A stretch of 64,000 nt of DNA from a virus, in the IMG/VR virus record IMGVR_UViG_3300045963_000101. One strand, given 5' to 3'. Both the position numbers and the translations under genes were made by a program. The notes below the pieces were generated by a model, which worked only from the letters and a program-made list of their open reading frames with translations, had not been told where the DNA came from and did no database searches. Shown here in pieces: positions 1 to 9,860 of the stretch. Position 1 is the first letter of the stretch. Each line of letters starts with the position of its first letter.

Positions 1-2
1 TC

Positions 3-1760
3 AGTCAAGATAACCTTGACGTACTCCTTGCCGAGCCTAATGTAGAGATTGTTGGTGACCTAAAGTACGACAATAAGCTCGTTACCGATGACTCCGGTCA
101 GGCATCCTACGGGATTGTGTACAAAGAAGTACGCCTCAAGAAGAAAACTGAAAAGAGTCGTGTACGAATCAAGAATGTCCCACCAGAATGCTTCCGTATT
201 ACTCGTGATGCACACAATCTGGACGATGCTGCCTTCGTAGGTATCCAAACCGACCTGACTCGTAGCGATATTCGCAAGCTTTGGCCGGATATGGCTGAAG
301 AAATTGACTGGCAACAGATCGGTGATGGATCTGCCTCATGGAATACCCGTTATACCGAAGAACAGGCTGCACGTAAACGCCTTACAGGACAAGAATACTG
401 GATGGGTGGTCACTCCAAGGAGCTTTTCCCTGCAGAAGCCAACCAAATGATCGTCACTATCGAGTGCTGGATCAGAATTGACCGTGATGGTGATGGTATT
501 GCTGAACTTAAGCATCTGATTTTGGCCGGAAACAAGATTCTGCTCGAAGAAGACGTCGATTCTATCCCATTGGCGACTCTTTGCCCGTTTGAAGTACCGC
601 ATGAGTTCTTCGGGCTGTCAGTTGCAGACATGATCAGGCCTTCTACACTGGCCTCCACAGCAATCCTTCGCGGATTTGTGGAAAATGTGTATCTTACCAA
701 CTATTCTCCTAAACTGGCTGACCCTAATGTGGTTGATTTCAGTGCTTTGCAGAATATGAAGCCAAAACAGATTATTGCTACCAATGGTAACCCCATGGCG
801 GCAGTTGCACCACTAAGTCCTGATACAATCAGTACTGGAACGGTGCCTTTGTTGGAAGCTTTGCAACTACATAAAGAACAATCAACCGGACTGTCAAAAG
901 CAGCACAAGGTTTGAATGATACTCTTTATGTTTCGGGTAATTCTGAAGAAAAGATGCAACGCGCAATGTCGGCAGCACAGGTCCGCATACAATATATGGC
1001 TCGTAGGTTCGCTGAAACCGGATTTAAACGTCTGGCTGAGGGTATCTACATGATGATGCGTGATAAGTTCCGTGGTAAGGAAGTTAATTACTACGATCAG
1101 AACAGCTTCATGAAATCTATTGATCCGTCTATGTTGCCGGACAATATGCTGCTTTTTGTTGATGCAGACGTAGGTGAGAATAGTAATAGTAACGTAATTA
1201 AGAAGATGCAGATGGTTGGTCAACAGCTTATTCCGGCGCTACAGCAGGCTGGAGCAGGTTCTGCCGTGGACCCATCTGCCGCAGTTAAGATCGCCTGCAA
1301 AACTCTGGAAGCTATGGACTTGGATCCTCTTGACTTCCTTGTTGACTATACTGACCCCAAGTTTATTCAACAAGCACTGCAGTCCCGTCAAGCTGAACAG
1401 CAAGCCGGTGAGAAGCAAAAGGCTCTTGAAGAACAAGCTAAGCAGATCGATCTACAACAGCGTCAAGCCACTCTTGCCCTGACAAATGTACAAGCTAAGA
1501 ATGCCATCCAAGATAACAGTAAGCAGCTTATGGTTGCTATTGATAAATCCTATCAGGAATGGGCCAAGCTGTATATTATGGCAAGTAAAGAGGGTGTTGA
1601 ACTACCCACACAACCGGATATCATGCAGATTCTACAACAAGCTAAAAGTGTTATAGACTCAGATATTCATAACGACGCATCGTCTCCTGCAGGAGCACCT
1701 CCGCTACCACAAGTACAAGGTCCTGCAGCAGCTATGAATCAACCACAACCAACAATGTAA
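3..1760 (+). CDS. Portal protein, 5'-truncated by the window edge
   Basis: Frame is open from base 3 (SQDNLDVLLAEP...), upstream of the track's GTG at 117. IKNVPPECFRI motif is typical of podoviral portals; Q-rich helical C-terminus; lies upstream of scaffold and MCP. Confidence 0.9.
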   Translation, partial: SQDNLDVLLAEPNVEIVGDLKYDNKLVTDDSGQASYGIVYKEVRLKKKTEKSRVRIKNVPPECFRITRDAHNLDDAAFVGIQTDLTRSDIRKLWPDMAEEIDWQQIGDGSASWNTRYTEEQAARKRLTGQEYWMGGHSKELFPAEANQMIVTIECWIRIDRDGDGIAELKHLILAGNKILLEEDVDSIPLATLCPFEVPHEFFGLSVADMIRPSTLASTAILRGFVENVYLTNYSPKLADPNVVDFSALQNMKPKQIIATNGNPMAAVAPLSPDTISTGTVPLLEALQLHKEQSTGLSKAAQGLNDTLYVSGNSEEKMQRAMSAAQVRIQYMARRFAETGFKRLAEGIYMMMRDKFRGKEVNYYDQNSFMKSIDPSMLPDNMLLFVDADVGENSNSNVIKKMQMVGQQLIPALQQAGAGSAVDPSAAVKIACKTLEAMDLDPLDFLVDYTDPKFIQQALQSRQAEQQAGEKQKALEEQAKQIDLQQRQATLALTNVQAKNAIQDNSKQLMVAIDKSYQEWAKLYIMASKEGVELPTQPDIMQILQQAKSVIDSDIHNDASSPAGAPPLPQVQGPAAAMNQPQPTM

Positions 1761-1768
1761 GGTAATTA

Positions 1769-2122
1769 ATGGATAAGTATCGTAAAGCGTTTTCCGAGAA
1801 GGTGAAACCGCAGATGAATCACGACACCGGTGAATACAAGGTAGAACCCTTCCGTGATGCACAGAATGCTCTTCGTCGGGCAACATTCGTCAAGACAGAA
1901 CGTGAACAATTCTTTAATGATGCGTACGGAGAGATCCTCAGTGATCTCTTTGTTACGTGGCTGAAGAGTGAACCTCACGCAGTCAAGGAACGTGAGTTTC
2001 TTTATGCCTCTGCAATGGCCCTCGGCGAAGTAAAAGCTCGTATGATCAATATTGAGACATATGGTAACAACATGAAATTTATCGCGCAAGAAGGCGCAAA
2101 CAAGGTAGACACTGATGAATGA
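1769..2122 (+). CDS. Conserved hypothetical protein between portal and scaffold
   Basis: ATG with AAGG upstream; tight operon packing; helical 117 aa. Confidence 0.75.
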   Translation: MDKYRKAFSEKVKPQMNHDTGEYKVEPFRDAQNALRRATFVKTEREQFFNDAYGEILSDLFVTWLKSEPHAVKEREFLYASAMALGEVKARMINIETYGNNMKFIAQEGANKVDTDE

Positions 2123-2393
2123 ATATCAAAAAGCAATTCAAACTCTTGAACGATCGCGCAAAGAGCTTATCCATGACATTGCTGAGTCCGGCGCACAAGG
2201 TGGCGTTGGACGTTCCCAACAATATGCAGCTGTATTGGTAACAATCCAGAATGCTATGAACATTATTAATGAGTTAGGTAATCTAACGAATCCCCAAGAG
2301 CTAGAGGCTCCTAATCCTGTTGTTTCTGATCAGCTATCACCAGCAGACCGTATGGCTCTGGTGCGTGCAGCAAAGAATAAACAACAACAATAA
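2115..2393 (+). CDS. Hypothetical protein
   Basis: Overlaps the upstream stop; same strand as operon. Confidence 0.7.
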   Translation: MNEYQKAIQTLERSRKELIHDIAESGAQGGVGRSQQYAAVLVTIQNAMNIINELGNLTNPQELEAPNPVVSDQLSPADRMALVRAAKNKQQQ

Positions 2394-2417
2394 TTGACAC
2401 AAAGGTAAAATATAAAC

Positions 2418-3554
2418 ATGCTAAATACACTCTCTACTTCCACCCCTGCGTCCGAGATCTCCTCCGCAAGCTTTGGAAATGACGGTAGTTATAGTGCAGA
2501 GGGTGAATCAAAAGCTCTTGCCGACATTCTTCGTAATTCTCCTGCAGCCGAACTGCTGGGAATCAGCCAAGAATCTCCAAGCGATGAAGAGAAAAATGAT
2601 TCAACTCCGGAAGACACATCTGTAGAACAAGAAGCCCAAGAAACAGATGAGTCATCCGACAATGACCTAGATGAAGAAAAGACAGAAGATAATTCTGATG
2701 AAGAGAAGTCCGGCGACGATGATACGTCTACCAACGCAGACCTACCTTCAGAAGAAGATATTGACTGGGAGTACAAAGTACCTGTTACCGTTGATGGTAA
2801 AACAGAATACAAGTCACTCGAAGAAATCCGTAAAGGTTTTCAGACTGATCAGCATCTATCTCAGAAGGGGCGCGAACTTGGTGAATTGAAGAAACAAGTT
2901 GAGCAAGAACGTGCGGAAAAACTTCAAGAAGTAATTACTCTTGGAACTGCTCTTAATGAAGAGTATACCGCCGCAGAAACATCTCTGGCCAATCAGTATC
3001 AAAAAATTAAAGGTGATATTGATAAAGCTAAAGAGAACGGTGATTCCTATACAGCGCGAGAACTCAAAGATGAACTTGAGTCCGTGCAAGAAAAGTATTG
3101 GAATGTGCGTAATAAGCGTGAATCCCAACTCAAAGCAGTTGCGGAAAAATGGCAGCAAGATAATCAGGCACAATTAGCCGAACAATCAAAGAAATATAGT
3201 GAAACGATTAAAGATTTCATTCCCGACTACTCTGAAAAGGTAGCTGTTTCTGTTCGTGATTTTGCTATTAAAGAAGGTATTCCGGCAGCACTGCTGGAGT
3301 CTATCTATGAACCTGCCGTTGTCAAATTTATTAACGACTACCGTAAGCTCAAAGGTGCAAAGGAAACTGGTGAGGTTAAACGCAAGCAAGTTACTCAGAC
3401 TAAGTCTATCCCGCTTAAAAACGGAGGTCAGACTAATTCTCAGAAAAAGGCTGCAGACAGCTCGCTACGCAGTAAAGTTCTCTCGGGTCAGGCTGATGCC
3501 AAAACCCAAAACGATTTCCTGAAAAGCATTTCTTCTATTGGCCGCAAACTCTAA
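2418..3554 (+). CDS. Capsid scaffolding protein
   Basis: Very acidic N-terminal half, VTVDGKTEYKSLEEIRKGFQ motif, long coiled coil; immediately upstream of MCP. Confidence 0.85.
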   Translation: MLNTLSTSTPASEISSASFGNDGSYSAEGESKALADILRNSPAAELLGISQESPSDEEKNDSTPEDTSVEQEAQETDESSDNDLDEEKTEDNSDEEKSGDDDTSTNADLPSEEDIDWEYKVPVTVDGKTEYKSLEEIRKGFQTDQHLSQKGRELGELKKQVEQERAEKLQEVITLGTALNEEYTAAETSLANQYQKIKGDIDKAKENGDSYTARELKDELESVQEKYWNVRNKRESQLKAVAEKWQQDNQAQLAEQSKKYSETIKDFIPDYSEKVAVSVRDFAIKEGIPAALLESIYEPAVVKFINDYRKLKGAKETGEVKRKQVTQTKSIPLKNGGQTNSQKKAADSSLRSKVLSGQADAKTQNDFLKSISSIGRKL

Positions 3555-3581
3555 ACTATAATTATGTAAGGATAATTTAAA

Positions 3582-4673
3582 ATGGCTGGTAATACTTTTC
3601 AAACTGGCGGTCCTAAGGCCGTCGCTCGCTCGTCTGGCGCAACTGGTAATGCAGGTAACGTAGGCGAACGCGAAGACTTGGCAAACTTCATCTCGATGAT
3701 TTCTCGTGATGAAACGCCCTTCTTGTCGTCTATCGGCAAGACCAAAGCAACTGCAGTTTTCCATGAATGGCAAACCGATGAGTTGGCAGTTCCTGTTTCT
3801 GCAGCTCAAGCTGAAGGCGTAAGCTACAGCACGACTACTGCAGCTCAAGCAGCTGAATTGTTCCGTACTCGTCTCGGTAACTACACCCAAATTAATAGCA
3901 AAACTGTTACCGTTACTGGTACCAAACGTGCTGTTGATCAGGCAGGTGTTGCTGATGAATACGCTTATCAATTGAAGAAGCGTGGTACTGAAATGCAACG
4001 TGACGTGGAATTCGACTTGGTCGGATACCAATCGTCTAACGGTTCTGGTACTCGTACTATGGGCGGTTATAAAGCATGGTGTAACTATCCGACTTCTGCG
4101 TTGGGTACTGCACTGTATGTTGGTACTGGTACGTACACCCCTCCGACTAACCCTGGAGCAGGTATTGCAGGTACTTACACTACTGCAGTTGGCGCATCGC
4201 TGACTCTTTCGCACATCGATCAGGTGATGCAAGCTGTGTATGAGCAGGGTGGTAAAGCTACTAAGCTGATGCTGTCTCCGGCTAACCGTCGTGTGTTCTC
4301 TGCTAAAGCTCAATTGGGTGGTTCCACGACTTCCAATCCGGGCGATGGCAACGCTCGTCGTAATATCGACGCTGATGGTAAACTCCGTCAGTCTGTTGAA
4401 ATCTACATGAGTGACTTCGGTGATATCATGGTCGTGCCTAACTACATTATGGGTATTTCCCGTACTGTTTCTGGTATTGCCGCTGGTGGTCAAAACTGGT
4501 CTGCAATGGTCTACGATCCTAGCTGGTTCAGCTGGGCTTCTCTGCGGCCTCTGCAAGAAGTTGACTTGGGTCAATTGGGTGATTCGATCATTGGTCAGAT
4601 CATCCAAGAAGGTACCTTGGAATGCCGTAACCCTAAGGGTTCTGGCTTGATCCTTGGCTTGACTGGTCAGTAA
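3582..4673 (+). CDS. Major capsid protein (SU10/phiEco32-like family)
   Basis: REDLANFISMISRDETPFLSSIGKTKATAVFHEWQTDEL and YQLKKRGTEMQRDVE motifs; strong RBS; followed by a terminator. Confidence 0.92.
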   Translation: MAGNTFQTGGPKAVARSSGATGNAGNVGEREDLANFISMISRDETPFLSSIGKTKATAVFHEWQTDELAVPVSAAQAEGVSYSTTTAAQAAELFRTRLGNYTQINSKTVTVTGTKRAVDQAGVADEYAYQLKKRGTEMQRDVEFDLVGYQSSNGSGTRTMGGYKAWCNYPTSALGTALYVGTGTYTPPTNPGAGIAGTYTTAVGASLTLSHIDQVMQAVYEQGGKATKLMLSPANRRVFSAKAQLGGSTTSNPGDGNARRNIDADGKLRQSVEIYMSDFGDIMVVPNYIMGISRTVSGIAAGGQNWSAMVYDPSWFSWASLRPLQEVDLGQLGDSIIGQIIQEGTLECRNPKGSGLILGLTGQ

Positions 4674-4681
4674 TCAATAAC

Positions 4682-4713
4682 ATAAGGGAGGGAGAAATCC
4701 TTCCCTTATTTCA
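4682..4713 (+). terminator. Intrinsic terminator after MCP
   Basis: ATAAGGGAGGGA-GAAA-TCCTTCCCTTAT: 12-bp stem with one G.U pair and a GNRA loop, followed by a T-rich run. Confidence 0.8.
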
Positions 4714-4726
4714 TTTAAGGATACAA

Positions 4727-4993
4727 ATGTTTGGATTAAAAATCACTCAAACAAACGGTACCTTTGAAATTATTTCTGATACTAATTGCATTGCTATTCA
4801 GTTCTCTGCTGCTGTTTCTACTGGCTCTCTTTTGCAGCCATCCAAGATTATCGGCGCAATGTACTCTAAGCTTGTAACTACTACATTGACATATTTCAAT
4901 GATACTGTAGCCGCATATACTGGCGCAAACGTCAAGTATGAATACGGCGAATTGGCAGAAGCCGGAACGTTCCGAGTTATTGCCTCTAACTAA
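4727..4993 (+). CDS. Hypothetical (possible virion) protein
   Basis: AAGGA RBS, 88 aa, within the head module. Confidence 0.7.
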   Translation: MFGLKITQTNGTFEIISDTNCIAIQFSAAVSTGSLLQPSKIIGAMYSKLVTTTLTYFNDTVAAYTGANVKYEYGELAEAGTFRVIASN

Positions 4994-5010
4994 TAATCTA
5001 TAGGACACAC

Positions 5011-5334
5011 ATGGGATTTCTATCACAAGACGGTAACCTAAACAGTTTCCGCGTAAATACAAACGACAAGGACTTTCTTCTTGCTCAGGACGTAACAGCG
5101 TATAAAGACTACGCAGAGAAGTCTCGCCAGCAAGATGAATCTGCTTCTTCTAAACGACAGTACCGATCATTCGCTATTGTCCCTGATATCGTATCTATCG
5201 ATATCCTCACAAAGTATCACATTAATATTCACGATCCAGAGATTATGAAGGATCCAGCCGTAATGAGACGGTTCAAGAATATTATTATTTCGGAATACCC
5301 TCACCTGCTGACCAGTAATGTGAGATCTGCTTAA
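5011..5334 (+). CDS. Conserved phage head-region protein
   Basis: AIVPDIVSIDILTKYHINIHDP...EYPHLLT pattern is common downstream of podoviral MCPs; AGGA RBS. Confidence 0.7.
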   Translation: MGFLSQDGNLNSFRVNTNDKDFLLAQDVTAYKDYAEKSRQQDESASSKRQYRSFAIVPDIVSIDILTKYHINIHDPEIMKDPAVMRRFKNIIISEYPHLLTSNVRSA

Positions 5335-5343
5335 GGAACCTAA

Positions 5344-6240
5344 ATGTCAACAACAACCCAATATAATGCTCTGATCGAGAAGGTCCGGAGCTGGAGTAAT
5401 AAACCAGAAGGAGCCACACTCTCAGACACCGTTATAGAAAGTTGTTTGGCGTATGGTGCAGATGACTGCTACAGTCAACTCAGGATTCCTCCTCTGGAAA
5501 CATCCGTAGAATACACCGTGGATACTGCAGACAATGTAGGCGACGGTAGTTACTCAAACAGCATGTACAACAGTGCATACACTTCGTTTGCAATTCCCGG
5601 AGATCTTACTGAGTTTGTATTTCTCAGGACTAAAGTTAACTCTTCGAATATTGTATCATCTAATCGGGTCTTCAATGAGATTACTGATAGACGTGCATTC
5701 TTTGATATTTTTGCTGAGACATATTCAGCATACAATTGGATGTGGTCTGAAGGTAAAATCTTTGTCCGGCCACAGCTGCCTGTAGGAACTGTACTGCAGA
5801 TAGGTTACTATCGCCGACTTCCTGCTTTGAATGCTCTCTACTCTGTTATTCCTGCAAACTACGATGTAACTCTTGCTGATGCTAACCAGCCATATTTAGC
5901 GGTAGGTACCTCGGCAGACACTGCACTTTATGTGTCTACCTCTGGTGGCGTAACAAAAGCATTTCTTACTTCCGCTGAAGCTGCAGCATATAATGCTTCA
6001 GTAACAACCAAGTATTTTACAGGTAAAGAAGTGAGTAATTGGCTTAAGGATTCTAATGAGCAACTATTGCTGTGGTCTGCACTGAGTCATCTTGGTGGAT
6101 TCCTTATGGATGATGTAATGGAAAAGCGCTTTATGATGAAAGCGTCTAACAAGATCGAATTACTTAACCGCGAAGAAAAACTTCGTAGAGCAAGGGGTGG
6201 AAATGTACACATTGGTTTTAATGCTAACGGCCTTATTTAG
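5344..6240 (+). CDS. Head-tail adaptor protein
   Basis: Position after MCP; N-terminal YNALIEKVRSWSN and C-terminal LLLWSALSHLGGFLMDD...LNREEK helices are typical of adaptors. Confidence 0.7.
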   Translation: MSTTTQYNALIEKVRSWSNKPEGATLSDTVIESCLAYGADDCYSQLRIPPLETSVEYTVDTADNVGDGSYSNSMYNSAYTSFAIPGDLTEFVFLRTKVNSSNIVSSNRVFNEITDRRAFFDIFAETYSAYNWMWSEGKIFVRPQLPVGTVLQIGYYRRLPALNALYSVIPANYDVTLADANQPYLAVGTSADTALYVSTSGGVTKAFLTSAEAAAYNASVTTKYFTGKEVSNWLKDSNEQLLLWSALSHLGGFLMDDVMEKRFMMKASNKIELLNREEKLRRARGGNVHIGFNANGLI

Positions 6241-6247
6241 GAGAATT

Positions 6248-7789
6248 ATGGGATATACAACTAAAACAGGAAATACCACTCAAGGTGCCGGAGGCGGTAA
6301 TTATGATGGATCAGGCTCGAGTGCGTACACTCCGGCTGCAGATCCAAGCAAGTACAGTACTGCCGCAGGGTCTACTGGCGCACCCGCAGCTGGCGGTCAA
6401 TATGCTGGTACCTCCTTTCAACAAAAGACTAATGACACAATAGCAGTAGCTCTCAGCAGTGTTAATGCCGCTGCTGCTGTAGCAACAACTCAAGCCACTA
6501 ATGCAGCTTCAAGTGCAACGAGTGCAGCAACAAGCGCTACTCAAGCTTCTACCTCTGCCTCTGCTGCAGCTGCCTCTGCAATTACAGCTGCAAGCGTTAT
6601 TCTCCCACCTACAGGAATTCCGTACTCTAACGGTACTGGTACTTGGGGTACAAGCTTTACAACTTTAGGGTCTTCGGGAGTACTCCTTCAAACAAACGGT
6701 ACCTTTAATGGTACTGTACAATCAGGTAATATTAAAGACACACCTATTGGTAATTTTGGTGCTAATCGATCTTCAGGGTATTTTAACTATCTTGACCTAT
6801 CCGGCGATTTAACTGCTACTGGTGGAGTCACCTTAGGTAGTACTGCTGCAGGTACAGACAATGGTTATATTCAATTGTTTAGTAATGGTCTTGGCACTTA
6901 TAATTACAGTGGTACAGGTCTGCACATGTACCTTGGTGCTAGTGAATTCTTAGCTGTTGGCAGTTATAGCACAATATGTAATACAGGAACCTACGATGGT
7001 ACACCTGCAATTGCTTATGCCAACTCATTCAGGTTCTATAATAAATCAAGCGCACAGCTTGCAGTGACAATCCTCCCAGTCAATCAGGGTATATCATGCA
7101 GTACCACGCCTAATATTAATTGGCAGAATCAAGTTCTTGAGCTAAAAGATCAAGGTTCTTTTGGAACTCAGGGAGATACCCTTAATATTGCATCTAATGC
7201 TTTTTCTAACGGTTTTGGTACATGGGGCTATCAATCCTCTACAAACGGCGCTGCAATATATAACCATTCAAATGGTGTTCATACCTTCAAATCAACTACG
7301 ACCGCTGGTACGGTAGGTAACACTATCTCTACCTTTGCAGATGTTCTCAAGGTATCTAAAGGTAAAACATTGGCTCTTGAAGGTGGTACTTCAGGGACAG
7401 GTGTAGGTATTTCTTTCCCTGCTACTCAAGTAGCAAGTACTGATCCTAATACGCTGGACGATTATGAAGAAGGCACTTGGACTCCCGGACAAAGTGGAAG
7501 TGTTACTGTTGTAGGTACTTTTTCTTCTTCAGGTACATACACAAAAATTGGTCGGCAAGTATTTTTTACAGGACAAATTCAAGGTTCTACTTCTGTATCA
7601 ATTGGGGCAAATGGTAGTCTAACTACAGGGTTTCCATTTGCATCTGCAGCAACCGTTTGTGCAGCCGTAGCAGTAAATGCAGCAAACACTGCATCATCTG
7701 TTTTGATAGTTAATGGGGCATCTATGGGTACTGTTTCTGCTATTGGAGCAACTCCCGGAATTTTCTTTAGCGGAACATATATTGTATGA
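6248..7789 (+). CDS. Tail fibre protein
   Basis: Start reassigned to ATG 6248 (AGGAG RBS). Ala/Ser/Thr coiled-coil stalk, G/S/T-rich body, and C-terminal NTLDDYEEGTWTP motif typical of phage fibres. Confidence 0.85.
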   Translation: MGYTTKTGNTTQGAGGGNYDGSGSSAYTPAADPSKYSTAAGSTGAPAAGGQYAGTSFQQKTNDTIAVALSSVNAAAAVATTQATNAASSATSAATSATQASTSASAAAASAITAASVILPPTGIPYSNGTGTWGTSFTTLGSSGVLLQTNGTFNGTVQSGNIKDTPIGNFGANRSSGYFNYLDLSGDLTATGGVTLGSTAAGTDNGYIQLFSNGLGTYNYSGTGLHMYLGASEFLAVGSYSTICNTGTYDGTPAIAYANSFRFYNKSSAQLAVTILPVNQGISCSTTPNINWQNQVLELKDQGSFGTQGDTLNIASNAFSNGFGTWGYQSSTNGAAIYNHSNGVHTFKSTTTAGTVGNTISTFADVLKVSKGKTLALEGGTSGTGVGISFPATQVASTDPNTLDDYEEGTWTPGQSGSVTVVGTFSSSGTYTKIGRQVFFTGQIQGSTSVSIGANGSLTTGFPFASAATVCAAVAVNAANTASSVLIVNGASMGTVSAIGATPGIFFSGTYIV

Positions 7790-8022
7790 GACTCTGGAGC
7801 TTAAAAGACCTTGTCACAGACCACGTTACAGGAAAGCTTCGCGAGACTTCCGTGTGGTCTAATATTGGCAAGGCAGCTATGACATGGGCATTCGTATTTA
7901 CTGTCCTTAAGGGTAGTGGTACAGAATGGTTGTGGATGGCTTATGGTGGCATTGTAGTAGCACATGAATCTATGGCCCGATTCTTTAATCAAAAACAACA
8001 AATAATTGATAAGGAAAAATAA
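7786..8022 (+). CDS. Small two-TM membrane protein (holin/antiholin-like)
   Basis: Two hydrophobic segments and a charged C-terminus; first gene of the lysis cassette. Confidence 0.55.
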   Translation: MRLWSLKDLVTDHVTGKLRETSVWSNIGKAAMTWAFVFTVLKGSGTEWLWMAYGGIVVAHESMARFFNQKQQIIDKEK

Positions 8023-8507
8023 TGTTCGATCTTCTTAGTGGTGGGCTACTTGGTACCTTGTTTGGTGGTATCTTTCGACTGGTGCCCGAGGTATTAAAAT
8101 ATTTTGACAAAGCAAATGAACGTCAGCATGAACTGGCAATGTTCAAAGAACAAAGTGACCTTGAGAAAGTACGTGGAAGTATTCGTCTGGAAGAGATTGG
8201 TGCCTCACAAGCAGCTGCAAATGACGCCGGAGCACTTGCTGCTTTTAGCGCTGCAGTAACGTCTCAGGCAGACATGGCTAAGGCGGCTGGTGGATGGGCT
8301 GCAAGCTTGTCCGCATCAGTACGTCCTGTCATTACTTATCTCGTTGTAGGTATCTATGCATTCTTTGTTTTGTACACAATGATCACGTCCGGACTGGGTA
8401 CAGCCGTGACCTTCAAACTGGTAATGACTCCTGACTTCATGGCATTAGTCTCCGGTACTATAAACTATTGGTTCCTTGACAGAACCTTAACTAAGCGAGG
8501 TCTTTAA
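8022..8507 (+). CDS. Holin (3-TM, GTA-holin-like)
   Basis: N-terminal hydrophobic helix, coiled coil, SVRPVITY motif, two further TMs. Confidence 0.65.
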   Translation: MFDLLSGGLLGTLFGGIFRLVPEVLKYFDKANERQHELAMFKEQSDLEKVRGSIRLEEIGASQAAANDAGALAAFSAAVTSQADMAKAAGGWAASLSASVRPVITYLVVGIYAFFVLYTMITSGLGTAVTFKLVMTPDFMALVSGTINYWFLDRTLTKRGL

Positions 8508-8749
8508 TGGAGGAACTAGGTGGACAACTTTTACACGCAGTTATCGCAGGGGCCTTTGCGCTTATCGGATGGCTTATGAGAACACTATGGTCTAATGTTG
8601 ATAAGGTCCAAAAAGACCTTGTTGAACTCAAAGATAAACTTCACGACAACTATACCCGCAAGGACGACTTCAAAGAATTTAGGGAGACGCTCATGCAGAT
8701 GCTTACACGCATTGAGGGTAAAATAGATAACAAGGCAGATAAACCCTGA
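8507..8749 (+). CDS. Membrane-anchored coiled-coil protein in lysis cassette
   Basis: N-terminal TM (AVIAGAFALIGWLM) followed by heptads ending IEGKIDNKADK. Confidence 0.65.
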   Translation: MEELGGQLLHAVIAGAFALIGWLMRTLWSNVDKVQKDLVELKDKLHDNYTRKDDFKEFRETLMQMLTRIEGKIDNKADKP

Positions 8750-9198
8750 TGAATACTGAACCCGCAAAGGCACTCTGTGTGAGGTTCGAAGGGTTCAAAT
8801 CTAAACCATACTTGTGTCCAGCCGGAATACCTACAATAGGTTTTGGAACTACGTTCTATCCGGATAAACGCAAGGTTACTCTTCAGGATCCTCCATGCAC
8901 AATGGAGCAAGCAGTGTCTTATCTTGATACTGAACTCGTAAAATGTCTCTACTCAGTTCTGCGGTTATGCCCTAAGCTTACAGACGTTAATATCATTAAC
9001 GCTCTTATAGACTTCGTGTATAACCTTGGAGCAGGACGTCTACAGACATCTACACTGCGCAGAAAGATCAACGCAGAACAATGGGATGATGCTATCAACG
9101 AAGTCCTCAAATGGAATCGTGGTGGCGGCAAAATACTTGCAGGACTTGTCCTGCGCAGACAGGCCGAGGCTCTGTTAATTAAACAAAGGAAAATATAA
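8749..9198 (+). CDS. Endolysin, GH24 phage lysozyme
   Basis: EGFKSKPYLCPAGIPTIGFG (E-x8-C-x5-T triad), DFVYNLG, KWNRGGGKILAGLVLRRQAE. Confidence 0.95.
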   Translation: MNTEPAKALCVRFEGFKSKPYLCPAGIPTIGFGTTFYPDKRKVTLQDPPCTMEQAVSYLDTELVKCLYSVLRLCPKLTDVNIINALIDFVYNLGAGRLQTSTLRRKINAEQWDDAINEVLKWNRGGGKILAGLVLRRQAEALLIKQRKI

Positions 9199-9584
9199 TG
9201 GCAAAATGGGTACGCTCAGGTGTCTTGGACAGTGGTCTGAATGACATCAAAACAAATGCATCTACAATGCTTCTTATCTCTGCATATACTGCAGGTGATA
9301 CCTACGCAACCGTAGTGGCTAATAAACTTAACGCAGGTGTCGCTATGACATCTACAGACTATACACTTGCTTCTGCAGGTAATAACCGTACACTGACGGT
9401 AACCTCTGGTAAGACTGCAGCGGCTACGGCTACTGCAACAGGTACTCCCGACTTGCATATCGCTTTCACGGACGGTACTGCAAACGTTATTTGGGTTACT
9501 GACGAGACGTCTAACCAAGCAATTACAACAGGTAATACTCTGACCTTCCCTGGCCCAGTGTATACCTCAAACCAACCTACCTAA
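9198..9584 (+). CDS. Putative virion structural protein
   Basis: T/A-rich, beta-prone, 128 aa; TAATG coupling to lysin. Confidence 0.65.
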   Translation: MAKWVRSGVLDSGLNDIKTNASTMLLISAYTAGDTYATVVANKLNAGVAMTSTDYTLASAGNNRTLTVTSGKTAAATATATGTPDLHIAFTDGTANVIWVTDETSNQAITTGNTLTFPGPVYTSNQPT

Positions 9585-9596
9585 TAGGAACATAAT

Positions 9597-9860
9597 ATGC
9601 CTGTTATCACCACTTCTACCATTTCCCACAAGCTTGTTAAAGTTGTGGTTGATATGGGCCTAATGCAAATCCTATGCTACTTTTCTCGAACACTCAACGG
9701 TAAGCCTGATGGTGGCGTTGATATGTTGGTTGAAGGTATTGACATGGTTAGTTTGCTTTCAACACAAGCAACATTAGGTCAGGGTCTTGGGGATGAAATC
9801 ACTGACGCTATTTACAAAATCGCCCTTGATCGAGGGGTGATTGAAGGAACTTTACAATGA
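9597..9860 (+). CDS. Hypothetical protein
   Basis: AGGA RBS; in operon. Confidence 0.65.
   Translation: MPVITTSTISHKLVKVVVDMGLMQILCYFSRTLNGKPDGGVDMLVEGIDMVSLLSTQATLGQGLGDEITDAIYKIALDRGVIEGTLQ

Noticed and set aside
3465-4607. 380-aa antisense ORF over the MCP gene
   Set aside because: Antisense shadow of a codon-biased, highly expressed gene; no RBS or motifs.
4640-4730. Programmed frameshift extending the MCP, as in some related phages
   Set aside because: No slippery heptamer near the stop, and a terminator follows immediately.
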